64,000 nucleotides of DNA from Callorhinchus milii (lineage: Eukaryota). The stretch covers positions 35,342,001 to 35,406,000 of the forward strand of contig NW_024704742.1 of NCBI RefSeq assembly GCF_018977255.1. The letters are read 5' to 3'. Below are positions 23,732-36,426 of this stretch, piece after piece. The notes beneath the pieces were generated by a model. It saw only the letters and a list, made by a program, of their open reading frames with translations, had not been told where the DNA came from and did not search any database. The position numbers and the translations under genes are program-made. The number at the start of each line of letters is the position of its first letter. The stretch's first letter is position 1.

Positions 23732-25344
23732 TTAAGATATGAAACAGAAACTCAGAGCGAAAGAGGGAGGCAGATGAGGCTTTTCACCAGATTTAACTGG
23801 ATTTTTTTTATGTCAATTTTTTCCCCACCCCAATTTTTTGGCAGATGTTGGAAATGCAATGCCAAATACACTTGAAAACTACATTTTTTTATTTTGTAGA
23901 GAAAAAAATGACTTTAATGGTCTTTATTTAAATACTATTCGCAGGATTGAAGGGGAAACCTTCAAACCTAAAGCTTTTGGAAGAAAGCCATTGGATTTTA
24001 TAGCACCTTATCACATCCAAACATCTCAAAGGATTTCACAGGTAATTACCATCTAGTATAGCATAAAACAATGTACCCACACCAAGATTTGAGCTCATAA
24101 ATGATGTTCACATTTCAGTACTGAGGGAGTGTTGCACTAGGGAGCTGTCTGTGGATTCAGGTGGATTTTAAGATTCACATAACACAATTTTTAAGGGAGA
24201 CATTTAATTTTCTTATCCTAATTCATCAAAACCAGCTTAATTGCTTATTTATTTCATGGCTGATTATAGGCTGTGTGCTACAGATTAGTTTTAGAGTCTG
24301 TTTATATACTGGGAACTACAATTAAAACTAACTTCTTTGGGGTTTACTTTTTGCAAAGAGGGTATNAAAAACTTCAATTATGTGCAGTAATCTGAGGTAT
24401 AATAATCTAATAAAATGCTACTTCTAAAGCAGTTGTTATTCTTGTCATATTATTTATTGTTTGCAGAGGACTAAACAACAGAAATATCTTTCTAAACCTT
24501 TTCTATATTGTATTGAAAAATCATTCAGATATGCTTGCTATCAAAAAGTTTGAAAATTTAAAATTAAAAACTAATTAATTCCTAAATAAATGAACTTCTA
24601 GGCGTTATTTTAATAGCAAGGCTCCTAACTCACATAAAATAAATATGTGGAAGCGTAAGTTCTATTTTGTTTGAATGCTGGAGTTAAGAGTGTGCAGTCA
24701 GCATGCTAGGCAGGGAATGAGACTATTTAAATGATTTGTGTGCGTCAATGCTTACTACAGCATAAACCCAATTTTATGTTCCTGTGACCGTGACCATCAC
24801 AAATGAACTTTAATACAAATATTCAAGCAACTGCGATCTTGGCAACAAGAACGGATTACATTTGTACGAAACAAAAGTTCACAACCGAGTGCACCATAAC
24901 AGCACCATGGATAACTGTTTCGCCCACTAATGTCAGTCAATTCACTTTACAGTATATTCAGTGAGGCGCTTCGAGACAGCTAGAAGATGTGAACAGCGCT
25001 ATATCAAATGCAATCATTATTCTTATTATTTATTATAACTGTGTCTCCAGAATGTGCCTGAAATTGTGAAATAACAACAACAGCAACAACTTGCATTGTA
25101 TAGCGCCCTTCGCATGGGGTAGTATCTGAGAGTGCTTAACGATGGTGGAGCTTGATGGTGAACCAGGAAGAGGGGAGGTGACCATAACAGTGCAAGATAT
25201 GCAAAACAATTAGCAACTAGCAAATCATGCAGGTAATAATAATTCTTCCATTTGATGTAGCGCCTTATCATGTCATTGAGACGTCTCAAAGCACTTCACA
25301 GAATATACTGTAAGGTGTAGCGACTGTATATTTTGTGGGCAGTA

Positions 25345-25652
25345 TGCTAGTGAAAGCTTGCTGGACAGTGCCTTCAATAGCAATGTATGCAGTTTTATCT
25401 GGTTAGACTTCAGCAGTATCCGAGCTCACACTCTAAGGTCCCCAAGCCTTAGGTCTTGTCAACCTGCACCTAATACTCTCTGGAATTATGTAAGCAGGAT
25501 GCATCCCCCCAGGGAGAGAGTGCACATTCCATTCCAATAAATATCTGGGGATTTTCATGTACTGCATGCTGGGATGCATGGACCTGTTTGGTTTGGATAC
25601 TCTTAAGCATGGTGATAGGTTTCCACATGTGTCAGACACCCGGCTGACCCAA
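25345..25652 (+). repeat. Unclassified repeat, right-hand half
   Basis: gaaagcttgctggacag...ttaagcatggtgataggtttccacatgtgtcagacacccggctgaccc matches 9620-9917. Confidence 0.8.
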
Positions 25653-27703
25653 AATAAGTATTTTCAACGAGACAGGTGTGTGTTTAGCAGAAGTGATTTC
25701 ATTTGATTGTTTCAGAGCATCATTTTCATCGACACTGAAGGTGAAATTGCTTTAAAAATTGTCAAACGTTCACTTATTTTTAGATGAAGCAATTAATATT
25801 GCCCTGGTTAATCTTTAAAACTTTGCATCCCAAGAGGGTTAATGCCCAATGGGAAATCGTGCCCTTGGTGTCAATACGTAAATAAGCCAGTATCCCTTTG
25901 ATCATTACTCAGATTTAATAGGGCAATAAATGTTGCAAAAATAGTGCAATAAAAAATCTGCAGCAGCTGATTAATCTTAAACATTCATTATGCTAATTCA
26001 TTAATAAAATGCAGGATGCATCACTAATTTTAAAATTCAATATAAAATGTATAGGTAAGTCAAGACCAATTAGTTCTCGATAAGTTTGACCTTATAACCC
26101 TTTTCTGATCAGATCCTGTAAAATGCTCCATTTTATTACAACTTTAATTTGAAACATTTTACATTTGAACCAAACAAGAAAAAAACAGAAAAATTAATGT
26201 GCGGACTATAAAAAAACTGAGTGTACAACAATGCATTGTACTCAAAATTATAGTACTGGCTTCAATTTGTTACTTTTAGCCAAGTAAATTACATTTGTTG
26301 TTTTCCATGTCCCCTGTTTTTAAAGCAACAATGTTAAAGTGCTCAAACATTAACTTACATAGAACTTGCAGGTCTGATTCCTGCTAAAGTAATTAAACAA
26401 TATCTGGCCATTTGAATATTCATCCCTCATTATTGCAATGTAGTCCATCATGTGAGCACCTTCTCTCTACACGATATTTGATTGTATCTTGTAGTTGTTC
26501 TTAATATGTTTTTAAAGATATATTGTAGATTTGAATTTGTTTAATGTTCTGATAATACTATACATGCATGTAAACTGTTAATAAATTCTGCATGTATGTT
26601 GTCTGTTTTTGGAACCTTGATGCACCATAAATTGTGACTTTATTTTAATCTTCTGACCTTCTTTGGCAACCAGTCTTTATAGATTAAAAATGGCAACATT
26701 TATTTCCTGTCCTGTATATGTGTATGTGGGGCGGGGGATCTCAGCCTTTTCTTTCTCTCTTATTCCCCACCAGATGGGAAATAAAGCAGGATAGGCAACG
26801 ATAAGGATCATCTACCCTATTGACTCGTTTCTGCTGCTCTCTAGACATGGGGTAAAACCTCTGGTATGGTTGAATCTGCCTTTGTCTTATTTATATTGCA
26901 TCAATATCACAAAGGGACAAGCTGCTTCAAAGAAAATGAGGAAGGGAAGAGTGAGTGGGGCTAATAATGCCACAGTCTTGAGGAGAGTGAAGTGAGTTTT
27001 AATTACAACAAAGTGTGATGCAGAGAGGAGGAACAGAATGTAGGATGGCATAATCGGAACTCAGGAATTTCTCAAGAGAGAGAGCAATGATTATACAAAG
27101 GTCAGGTATCTAAATGTTCAATTTAAATGGAAAATGGAGTGATACAATGCAAGCCTTCCTGTGCTTGTTTTATTTGTATACAGAAGTCATTTGTTTTGCT
27201 GGTGAGTAGATTGCTACTACCTGTCTACAGGTAGCATCTCCATTCTTGCCAACCAAGAGAAATTACTGATAGCATTTATGTTTATTTTTCACCGTACTGC
27301 AAATCCGAACTTCGTACGTGTGTGACTTTTCTTACATTGTAAACTTATTGATGAAATACCAGAATGTCAAATAGTGTTGCAAGTATAGTACTGTTTGTTT
27401 TTATTCGTCCCCCTCACAGATGCTGAAAGTCATGCTCCGGTCATATTCTTATCTTCGAGGGAAGAAATCTGCTTGAAATTTGGATTGGTATCTGACAAAT
27501 ATGTTAGCCTCAGATGTTCTTTTCATCTGAGTTAAAGAACATGTGTGGTCAAGGTTCAAACCAATAGGGAATACTGCTGCATTAGAACAAGATCATTTAA
27601 TTAATTTCTTTGAAATGGAAAAGTCTGACAGGATCTGAACTTGAATTTCTCAATTTACTGTCCAACTTAAAGAGAAATAATAATTGAAACAAGTTTAGTG
27701 TTT

Positions 27704-28026
27704 ATAATAATAATAATTCTTGCATTTGATATAGCACCTTATCATGTCTTGGAAACGTCTCAAAGCGCTTCACAGAATATACTGTAAAGTGAATTGACTA
27801 TATATTTTTGTGGGTTGAGTGACCAAATTTTTTTTTTTTTGAAGGGATTATTACCCTCAGAAAAGCGATCTGCCAATCAACTAACATCCCGGTTCCTACT
27901 TACTGTTAGGCAAACAGAGTCGTGTGGAGTAAGGAAAGTTGCCCAACATTTCGCCCTGCCTGGGAATCAAACCCAGGTCCTCTCGCTTGCGAGACGAGTA
28001 CTCTAACCACTGAACTACAGGACTCC
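27704..28026 (-). mobile_element. tRNA-headed SINE with intact head and internal deletion
   Basis: Reverse strand begins ggagtcctgtagttcagtggttagagtactcg; (AAT)n tail at 27704. Confidence 0.9.
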
Positions 28027-30279
28027 ACATTTTCAAAAGTCTGATGTAAAGCAAGAAACTTGAAATCATTAGGGCAGTCTCTTTTATAGGATTCCTAAAT
28101 AAATTGTGTAGTTCTTATACTGTAGTGTTTAACCTCCACTGTTTACACTACACTGTTTACACTACAGCAGGGATTCTCAAACTAGAGCCCTGGGAGGCTA
28201 TGCAATAATTTCAGAGGGCTGTGGAGCTGGGAGACAAAGGCTATGAAAGCCCAGTTATACTATATTAGTCCACGCAGCTCAAGGAGCGGATAAGCAAGGC
28301 GTGTTCCCATGGTTCCCGTGTAAAGTATTTAAGGGCAGTCTTTTGTAGAGGCTGCGGGGGAGGGAGGCTTCACTTCTCCGCAGGAAGCCCGTGCAGCCCA
28401 AATTGGGGCGGAGAGGGGTCCTAAGTCAGAATACCTTATGTCCTGGTGATCCTTGAGGCCTTGATACCTAACCCTAACTGCTCACGTCACTGCCTGTGAA
28501 TGAGGGCGGTGCTCAGGCAGCAGCTTTGTAAATGTACATTTGTGCAGGAAGGCCTGCTGCCATCACTTTGCAGATTCAAACTTATTTGACAGAGAGATTG
28601 ACATTCCACTTGGGTCCAGATTTACTCTATTAATGTTGAATGTTAGAGCATACAGAATGTCATACATTTCTTAAGTACAGCCTTCATTTTAAACTTTGTT
28701 TTTGTAAGTTGTTTTAAGAACTACAGCAAACCAAATTTAAACTTAAGACTGAATTCAATAATTTTATAGACAAGACATTAGGACATTCCTCCGCATAGCG
28801 CAACACATGGGAAGTGACATCAGTGGTGACCTGACCACCCAAACGATGGCCATTTTTCACGCTTTGCTAAAAACGCTGCTTCTGAGATGTTAGACTCAGA
28901 CAACCATGTTATTAAATGGTTGCCCTGCATAACATGCACTGACATTCGATTTACACTTATAGCCACTCTTCAGCTAATATTAGTACATGTGATTAAAATC
29001 ACTACCCTTAGCAGCATGAGAACTTTTTCTTCCTATATGCCTACATGCAAACTACGTAAAACTCATGTTGAGGTATTTCACATCATCTATTTTTCAGAAC
29101 AAACCTTCCTCCCTGACTGATCTTATTTTAAACAGTTACTTTAACTTCATTTAATTTTCAAACCTAATAGCCAGTGCTTTGAGTATCTCATGCCCTGACA
29201 TGTACAAATTAATGATTCTATAAAACTTAATAGACAATAAAAAGGTGTCATAATATGATGCCAACAGTCCTTCTCACTATTGGGTTTTAATGCGACAGAA
29301 AACAGCATCTCCCTGTTCAATTATAAGCAAGTGGTAAAACATGATAGAATCATATAAAAATGCTTAGGACTTTAAAATTAATTATATGGAGGTCTATGCG
29401 TGCACATATTTCTTTAAGGAACCAACAATTTACCTATTAAAGCTGTAACATGTACTGCTGATCCATGGGGAACTCTGCACACCCCCATAACCACACTTTT
29501 CTGCCCAGGAGCAAGGAAGTCATTACAGCTTGTACTGGAAGATTTAATAGGTATCATAATTTATCATGTAAACCGAAAAGTGTTTCTTAATTAAGCGCAT
29601 ACATTAATGAATTTTTTAATTTGATCCCTGTTAAGTACCTTGCTATGCAAATTGCAATATTCTGCACATTAGTTATCTGCTATTGCCCTTGGCTATTTAC
29701 AACCCTTACAAGAGAAATTTCAAGGTAAGATTCTTTCAACCCTTTCCAGTCCAGAGCTTTATTCTATCCAAGTTTTTCTTCCAATCTTTCCAGACCATAG
29801 CTACGCTTCACCTAATCTATTCAATGTCCCTTTTCCCTATGATTCCCAATTGTTCAATTGCTATCTTTTTATTTAATATTTAACTTGATCTGTTGTGGAA
29901 CGTAGATAGAAATGTTTAATTCTGAAACATTTAGAAAACCTAACCCACAACAAAATAACTGTTTGTTTTTACTTGGGAATTAAATAACGATAATAATATT
30001 CATTGCATTTGATATAGTGTAGTGCCTGTCACACTAGGAGGATGTCTTTAAACACTTTGCAAGATTCACTGTAAAGTGCAATTTGTAGGTGAATGTGTCA
30101 ACCAATATTTTGCATAATAATGCCCAACAACGAGGTTCTTTTTGATTGTAGAAATACTGAAATACTCAAATTCCATCCAATTTCTCACTATCCTGAGACA
30201 TCCTTATTTAATTGTATATTGAGTTGCACAATTTGATGCCTCACCTCCCACTCTAATTAAAATGAGCAGTAGAATGTGT

Positions 30280-30560
30280 ACATATGTATAAAAAAGGATT
30301 CAAGGAACGAAAACAAACCTTTAGCTAGATAAGAAACAGACAGTTTGTTAAAGACTAGATAGGTTCTTTGAGGGAGAACTAGTGTAGAAACATTATGGAA
30401 GAGATCCAGAAATGGCAGATGTGTTAAATAGGTTCTTCACATCAGTCTTCACAAATAAAGACTGGTTAAATTGGCTTGGGAATCTATAACATATGTAGAA
30501 GTCAGTAAAGCGTGTGTTGTGAAGAAACTCAAAGAAATAAGAGGCTATTTAGGGAATGCC
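30280..30560 (+). mobile_element. Decayed CR1 ORF2 fragment
   Basis: gaaatggcagatgtgttaaataggttcttcacatcagtcttcaca = EMADVLNRFFTSVFT, a typical CR1 motif. Confidence 0.7.
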
Positions 30561-30594
30561 AGACAGTAATAGACTTTAGGGAGAAATTCAAGGG

Positions 30595-31150
30595 TAAATG
30601 CATGCCCTTACTGTCCAGCCAAGATTTCATTACACTATTAAAATTGCTACCAGCAGTAAGGTGAATGATACTCCATCAGAAGTTAGTTAGAATTGCTCTT
30701 ATTTCTGCTTCAGTGAGCACTTGACCTGTGAATGAATGTGACATTATGGCTTCCAACACACTGTGATGGCACCTCTTCTGGGCATCAAAAATCCTTCCAA
30801 AGAAATAAGTGGAACACTCTTACTCACTCTGTCGAAAAGCCTGTACATCACAAATACGCACAATTATTTGGCATCTTATGGAGTCAAAGTCTCATGACTC
30901 TGCATTTGTATGAAGAGAAGTTTACAATAGAATATATACCAATTCACTTACTTGAAGGCGTTTTCCTGGTAGCTCACAGAGGTGACATAGGTACAGCTCT
31001 ATTCAGATCCCATGAGAGGCTGAATGTGGTAACCATGGTGACCAATTTTTTTCTGGAGTTGAAATGTTTATTCTTGTTAAAAGATTCATCAGACATGAGG
31101 ATCCATTTCTGGCACAATTTCTGTTCTCCCAACCACAGAGGGCACAAATG
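30595..31150 (+). mobile_element. PIF/Harbinger (HARBI1-like) DDE transposase relic
   Basis: Across frameshifts: HALTV..ATSS; GFQH..DGT..GIKNPS; RK..SQI; SHDSAF; FLVAHRG, in the order of HAL.V..ATGS, GFP..IDGTHI.IKAPS, NRK..S, HDS, LLGDSGY. Confidence 0.65.
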
Positions 31151-31319
31151 TTTTTGATTCAAATCTGAACATCAAGTGTTGCTACAGTTATACTAATCTT
31201 ACGTTCCATATAGCGCCTTTCACATGGAGGACATCTCAAAGCACTGCTTTGCGTTGTTACTGTGTATTTTGTACCTTACTGACTATATTCCACAAGATAT
31301 ACAGGATTGCCATCAATCT

Positions 31320-31650
31320 AGTCCTCAAAGGTTGGCATCAATGAAAGTTAGTTGTAACCCACAGCAGCCCATATGATAGCAAAGAGGCCATGAAGGAGCC
31401 CCTCCACCAAAGTATAGATTTAGTTGTTCTGAGTGGCTGATTGCCAAATATGCTGTACTTCATGCTAAGGGAGACAGACGCTTATTATCACCTATATCCA
31501 CTGTTGTACCTATGTTCTTTCATGCCTCTCAGGTATTTGCAGCAGGACATTTAGACTTGTAGTAGTTGTGAGTCCCGAAAGAGATAAGGTCCTCCTTGTT
31601 TCAGTTGATTAGTTCATCAAAATCTACTGACTCCAACAATAAGGCAATTA
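31320..31650 (-). mobile_element. Second Harbinger-type transposase relic (VDIG..G..SD subtype)
   Basis: Minus strand across frameshifts: PYC.G.VD; SGSQYY.K; VDIGDNKRLS; EQLNLY; LMPTF. Confidence 0.5.
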
Positions 31651-31762
31651 TTTATTTAAGGACATTGATACCTCTGGTAAGCTGAGTTGTATTACACTGT
31701 ACCGGTGGTTTGTGTTATATTGTGGAGTACCTGTGTTTTACATACAGTTCACTCAATACATT

Positions 31763-32066
31763 ATAATAATAATAATCCTTGCATTTGATATAGTGCTTTT
31801 CACATCTTCCAGATGTCTCAAAGCGCATCACAAAATATACTTTAAAGTGAATTGACATATATTTGTGGGCGAAACGCAGCAGCCAATGGTGCACAGAAGT
31901 GTCCCACAAACAGTCATGGATTGAGTGACCAAATTACTATAGTATTTTTTGAGGGATTATTATCCCCGGAAAAGTGATCTACCAATCAACTAACAACCGG
32001 GTTCCTACTTACTGCGAGGTAAACAGAGGCGTGTGGAATAAGGAAACTTGCCCCACATTTTTCCCT
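31763..32066 (-). mobile_element. tRNA-SINE family copy lacking its head
   Basis: Body matches the 430-752 and 27704-28026 copies; (AAT)n tail. Confidence 0.88.
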
Positions 32067-33404
32067 CTCCCTTCATGGCACATTATTCTGATTATTGAGG
32101 GTTTATAAGGCATGATTTCACACTGTTCCATTGTACAACTTAATTCACAACACACTTCCTTTATGGGTAGGAGGAGATAAATCATTTGAAAGATGGATCA
32201 GTACAAAGTTTAATTCCATAATAAGATAAATATATTTCAATATGTTGGTTTCTCTTAGGTTATGTTCGATAAAGTTGCATATAAAATAAATGTTGAATAA
32301 GCCTTTGGGCATTTCAGAGCTGAAGAATATACTAATTCAAGTAACTGTTTATTGCTGATGTTTTTTGAAATAGGTTGGCATGCTTCCCTTTCACCTGAGG
32401 GGCCTGAAATTGAATTATAACCCAAACTGATGGGATAAAAATCTAATTTATCTTCTAATATCCAATCCCACTACTGTGAAGCACTTTTAGATGTCACAGC
32501 AATTCACAGTATGTAGTATAAAGTGGTGTGACTGTGTGTATTTGATGGGTGAACGTGGCAGCCAATTTGTGCATACTCCAGATGCCAATTTGTGCACAGA
32601 AATTTCTTGGTTTCAATAATCAGTTCTCAGAAAGGCAAAATTAGGAAAACTATTATGGTTTGATAGCGCAGAAGGATTGTGGTGTTCTATGATTGGGAAT
32701 TGACCATTTGTCTACAAAATGACAAGCACCGCCAAGATGCTAATTGATGCCATGGATGGCTGTGTGTCAATCAAGCATCTGGGGGAGTAACTGAACCCAA
32801 AACTATGTTGAGAGAAATGGGAGATAAGTCGCTGTGTTGGTTGCAGTATGCAGGCTCTGTAGAGTCCTATACATTCCATTGGTTGATGCTGTATGCTCAG
32901 AGAGGGTGGTGCACTGCTTGAGGATAGAATACTGTTCATCTGTCACATCTTGAAATAAACCCTATCTGTTTACTTGTAACCTTTTTCTAGCATTTTCAAA
33001 AACACCGATGATGGCTCTTTGGATATTGAAGCCCATTTGAGAGATAACAGCTGTAGAAAGCCTCCATTAGAGAACATCTCAAAATGTTTAGTCTCTCAGC
33101 ATCAGCACATTCCTGCGTAGTAATCCCATCAAACACGCATGGATGTATTGGAGGGAATTGTGTGTGTGAGCAAGTATGTCATCCATCACATTATCCACTG
33201 TTACCACATCTGTTAGAATTTCTTCCCATTACTCTAGCACTCAGATCTTGAATACCCACTCATGGACCTCTATGTATTTCTGTTCTACCTCAATAGTATT
33301 GGATGGGGTACTTTCATGACTCCCTCACAGCGGTCAAGGTATTCTGTTCCAGTAGGCTACTCTTTGTATGTCAGGCTGGATTGCTACAGGTGGTTTGGAC
33401 TATA

Positions 33405-33600
33405 TAGCTTTTCTTCATATCGTTGAATCTCTTCCTCACTCTGTTGTATGCACCAAGAATTAAACATTGCAAGCATCAGGCAGACAACGTGGTCCTCTTG
33501 TCTACCAGATGTGGAGGTAGACGTCAGAGCCAAAGGTCATGCATCACCTTCTCATCACTTCTTCTGCAATGGGAACAATCTCTCCTTCGGAAAGACAGTT
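33405..33600 (-). mobile_element. Myb/SANT-like (Harbinger ORF2, NAIF1/MSANTD-type) relic
   Basis: Minus strand SEGEIVPIAEEVMRR*CMTFG ... SA*(W) ... VRKRFNDMKK. Confidence 0.65.
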
Positions 33601-35257
33601 TTCCCAGCTTGTAGCAGAGTCATACTATATATTTCTCATTACCCGTGCCTGACTCTCTGATCGATTTATTTATCTTCCATTTTTCTTTGCTTCACAACTG
33701 TCTTGTACAATCTCATTCCGCCTCTGAGAACTCTGAGAAGTTTCCTCAAGAATCTTAGATAAATAATATGATGTTGAATATTCCCCCCAAGAGCCTTGGG
33801 GTATTTAATTATATTGGATGTTTCCTGGCGATATCAATTCCATAAGAATTGCTGCTTTTTGGAAATTCTTCGCAATTCAATTAGGCTTTTAGGAACAGTC
33901 AGAATCACCGGGGCTTCTGTCAGAGCAATAGAATGCAGGTTTATGTCCAAATTTCTCCACATGTAAAATTTCCAATATCAGTTATACCAGCACAGGGAAA
34001 TGTTGGTTGGAAGCCAGGATCTTACCTGTAGGGAATTTTACAGTCTTAGTCACCTTGGGCTTCTCTCTCACATCTCCCAGGAGCAGACACCCAGAATGAC
34101 ACTTCAGTTTGGGAAGGTATGTAGTCTATGGAGACTTTAGAGGAGGGAACAACAAGAAAACAAATTAAGAGACAGAGGCATTGAATAGTAACATAGAACT
34201 GCTGATCAATTCATTGTATATTGATTATGGAGTGATTTTTCATCATTAAATTGGGAAAGCGAAGTATCTTAATTTGTTTTTGGTTTATTTGTTTGCGATG
34301 GGAGTGAATTAATTTGATGTTTTTTGGGGGATAAGAATTGTTTTACTTTCAGTGTATAAAGGGTTAATTAAAAGTGGTGAAGTGCAGTGAATTGGCACTG
34401 TTTTATTATGCACATTGAATTCTGCAGTGAAGTAGGGATTTGAATACTGCATAAAGTTATAATTTCCTCAACTACTCTCCACATTGCCCCAGAGTGTTCT
34501 GCATGCAATGAGGTGTCCATTATAGCTGCATAGCTGACACTGGTCCTTTCAGTGCACTTAAACTCACAGACAGGCACAAGCACAAATCACAACTGCCATC
34601 GCTTGATGCTTTCCAGTTGTTACAAGAAGTAGTTCCAGTAACCAACTCTACTTGTATACTGATACAGGCACTCACTGTGCCTGTGAGTGCACCCGACAAC
34701 TGACGTGTTAGCTGCTTGCAGTGCAGTGGCAGCTGCAATCCTGCATCCAGACCAAGGAGGTCAGAGGACTATGAAGTTCTTGCCAGCAAAACACAAGTTC
34801 TGGCATTGTTGGATGAATGGACAGTGCTGCAGGTAGAAGCTCAGCAGTCCCTCGTGTGCTGCTATTGGAAAGTCCATCATACTGCTATGAGGAGTTTGTG
34901 AAGAAGGAAAGTGATTCCTTTGTCTCGGAAGTAGTATTTGGGGATTTTTTAATAATGTAGATTGAGACAACCACTTTGATGTAAGCAGAGCACCTTCCCT
35001 GTACTTTGCCATTGATGGATGAGCTTTCATACGTGGTGAGGTTCCAAAGGCAAGACCAAACCACTGAGGTGTGAGCCAGTACTGAGCACTAACATTGTCT
35101 GATTGCACCCAAGTGGCTTTTTCATCAACTCACTTCCTCAAATTCCTGACCGTTACTATTGTGCTCACCTCGAAAAAAAGCTTTGTCTTGCAGACTTAAA
35201 ATGCTTTCACTATACAATAATCCACTGCTGGATTTAGGCTTTGTTATATAAGGCATT

Positions 35258-36235
35258 GTCTGCGGTCGATACAGTTGAGCACTCTATTCCTCTCCACCGC
35301 CTCTCCTTTCACCTCCACCTCAATGGTTCTGTTCTTGCCTGGTTCCAATCCTACCTTTCCCACCATCTGCACTTCATGGCCACCTACAGCTTCTCCTCTA
35401 GCCTCCACATGATCATGTGTGGCATCCCTCAGGGCTCTGTCCTCCGTCCCCTCCTCCTCATTCTATATATGCTCCCACTCGGCAATGTAATCCGCAGGCA
35501 TGGGGTTAATTTCCACATGTATGCGGATGACACCCAACTCTATTTCACCGCCTCCCCGCACCGACTCCAGGTCCATTGATGTCCTGGCTAATTCTCTGTC
35601 TGACATCAAGTCCTGGACGAGGGCCAACTTCTTCCAGCTCAATGTTGGCATGACAGAGGCCCTCCGGCTTGATTCCCTGCAGCACCTCCTCAACTCAGCC
35701 TCCTCATGGCTGCCTTCTTCACCTCATTGAGCCAATCCGGAACCTCAGTGTCCTTTTCGACCCTCAGCTATCCTTCAAAACCCACATTCGTGCCATGACC
35801 CATTCCGCCTTACCACACCTCCGCCACATTGCCCACCTCCACCACTGCCTCTCACTGCACCCTGATCTATCCTACGCCAATTGCCTGCTCACTGGATTTT
35901 CCAACTCTTCCCTCCACAAGCGACAGATTATACAGAACTCTGCAGCTCATATCCTCTCCCGCACCAGGTTCCAGGAACCTATCACACCTATTCTTGCCTG
36001 GCTTCCCTGGTTCCCCATTCCTCAGAGAATCAAGTACAAAACCCTCGTTCTTACCTTCAAGGCCCTCCACGATCTTGCTCCCCCTACCTCTCTGACCTCA
36101 TAACCCCATATCAGCCTGTCTGCTCCCTCCGCTCGGTGGACATTGGCCTGCTTCAGCCCCAGCATTCAGCATCTCTGCCCCCACACTCTGGAACTCTATA
36201 CCACAATCCCTCCACCTCACCCCCTTGCTTGCCTA
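35258..36235 (+). mobile_element. L2 LINE RT fragment
   Basis: LSAVDTVEH...GIPQGSVLRPLL...FHMYADDTQLY...QNSAA. Confidence 0.95.
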
Positions 36236-36309
36236 ACCACATGCTTTGTACGCTCTTGCTGGCTCTGTGGCCATCCTCTTTTTGAATGCTGTGATAAGTA
36301 AACAACTTG

Positions 36310-36426
36310 TTTTGCCCACGAAATATACAGTCAATCCACTTTATAATATATTTTGTAAAGTGCTTTAAGACGTCTCAACAAAATGATAAGGCGCTAAATC
36401 AAATACAAAGATTATTATTATTATTA
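36310..36426 (+). mobile_element. SINE 3' fragment (second short tail at ~36510-36562)
   Basis: aaatatacagtcaatccacttt...gcgctaaatcaaatacaaag(att)n. Confidence 0.75.

Noticed and set aside
27405..27530. Plus-strand exon after ccctcacag
   Set aside because: Frames close quickly or give no recognisable peptide, and there is no good donor.
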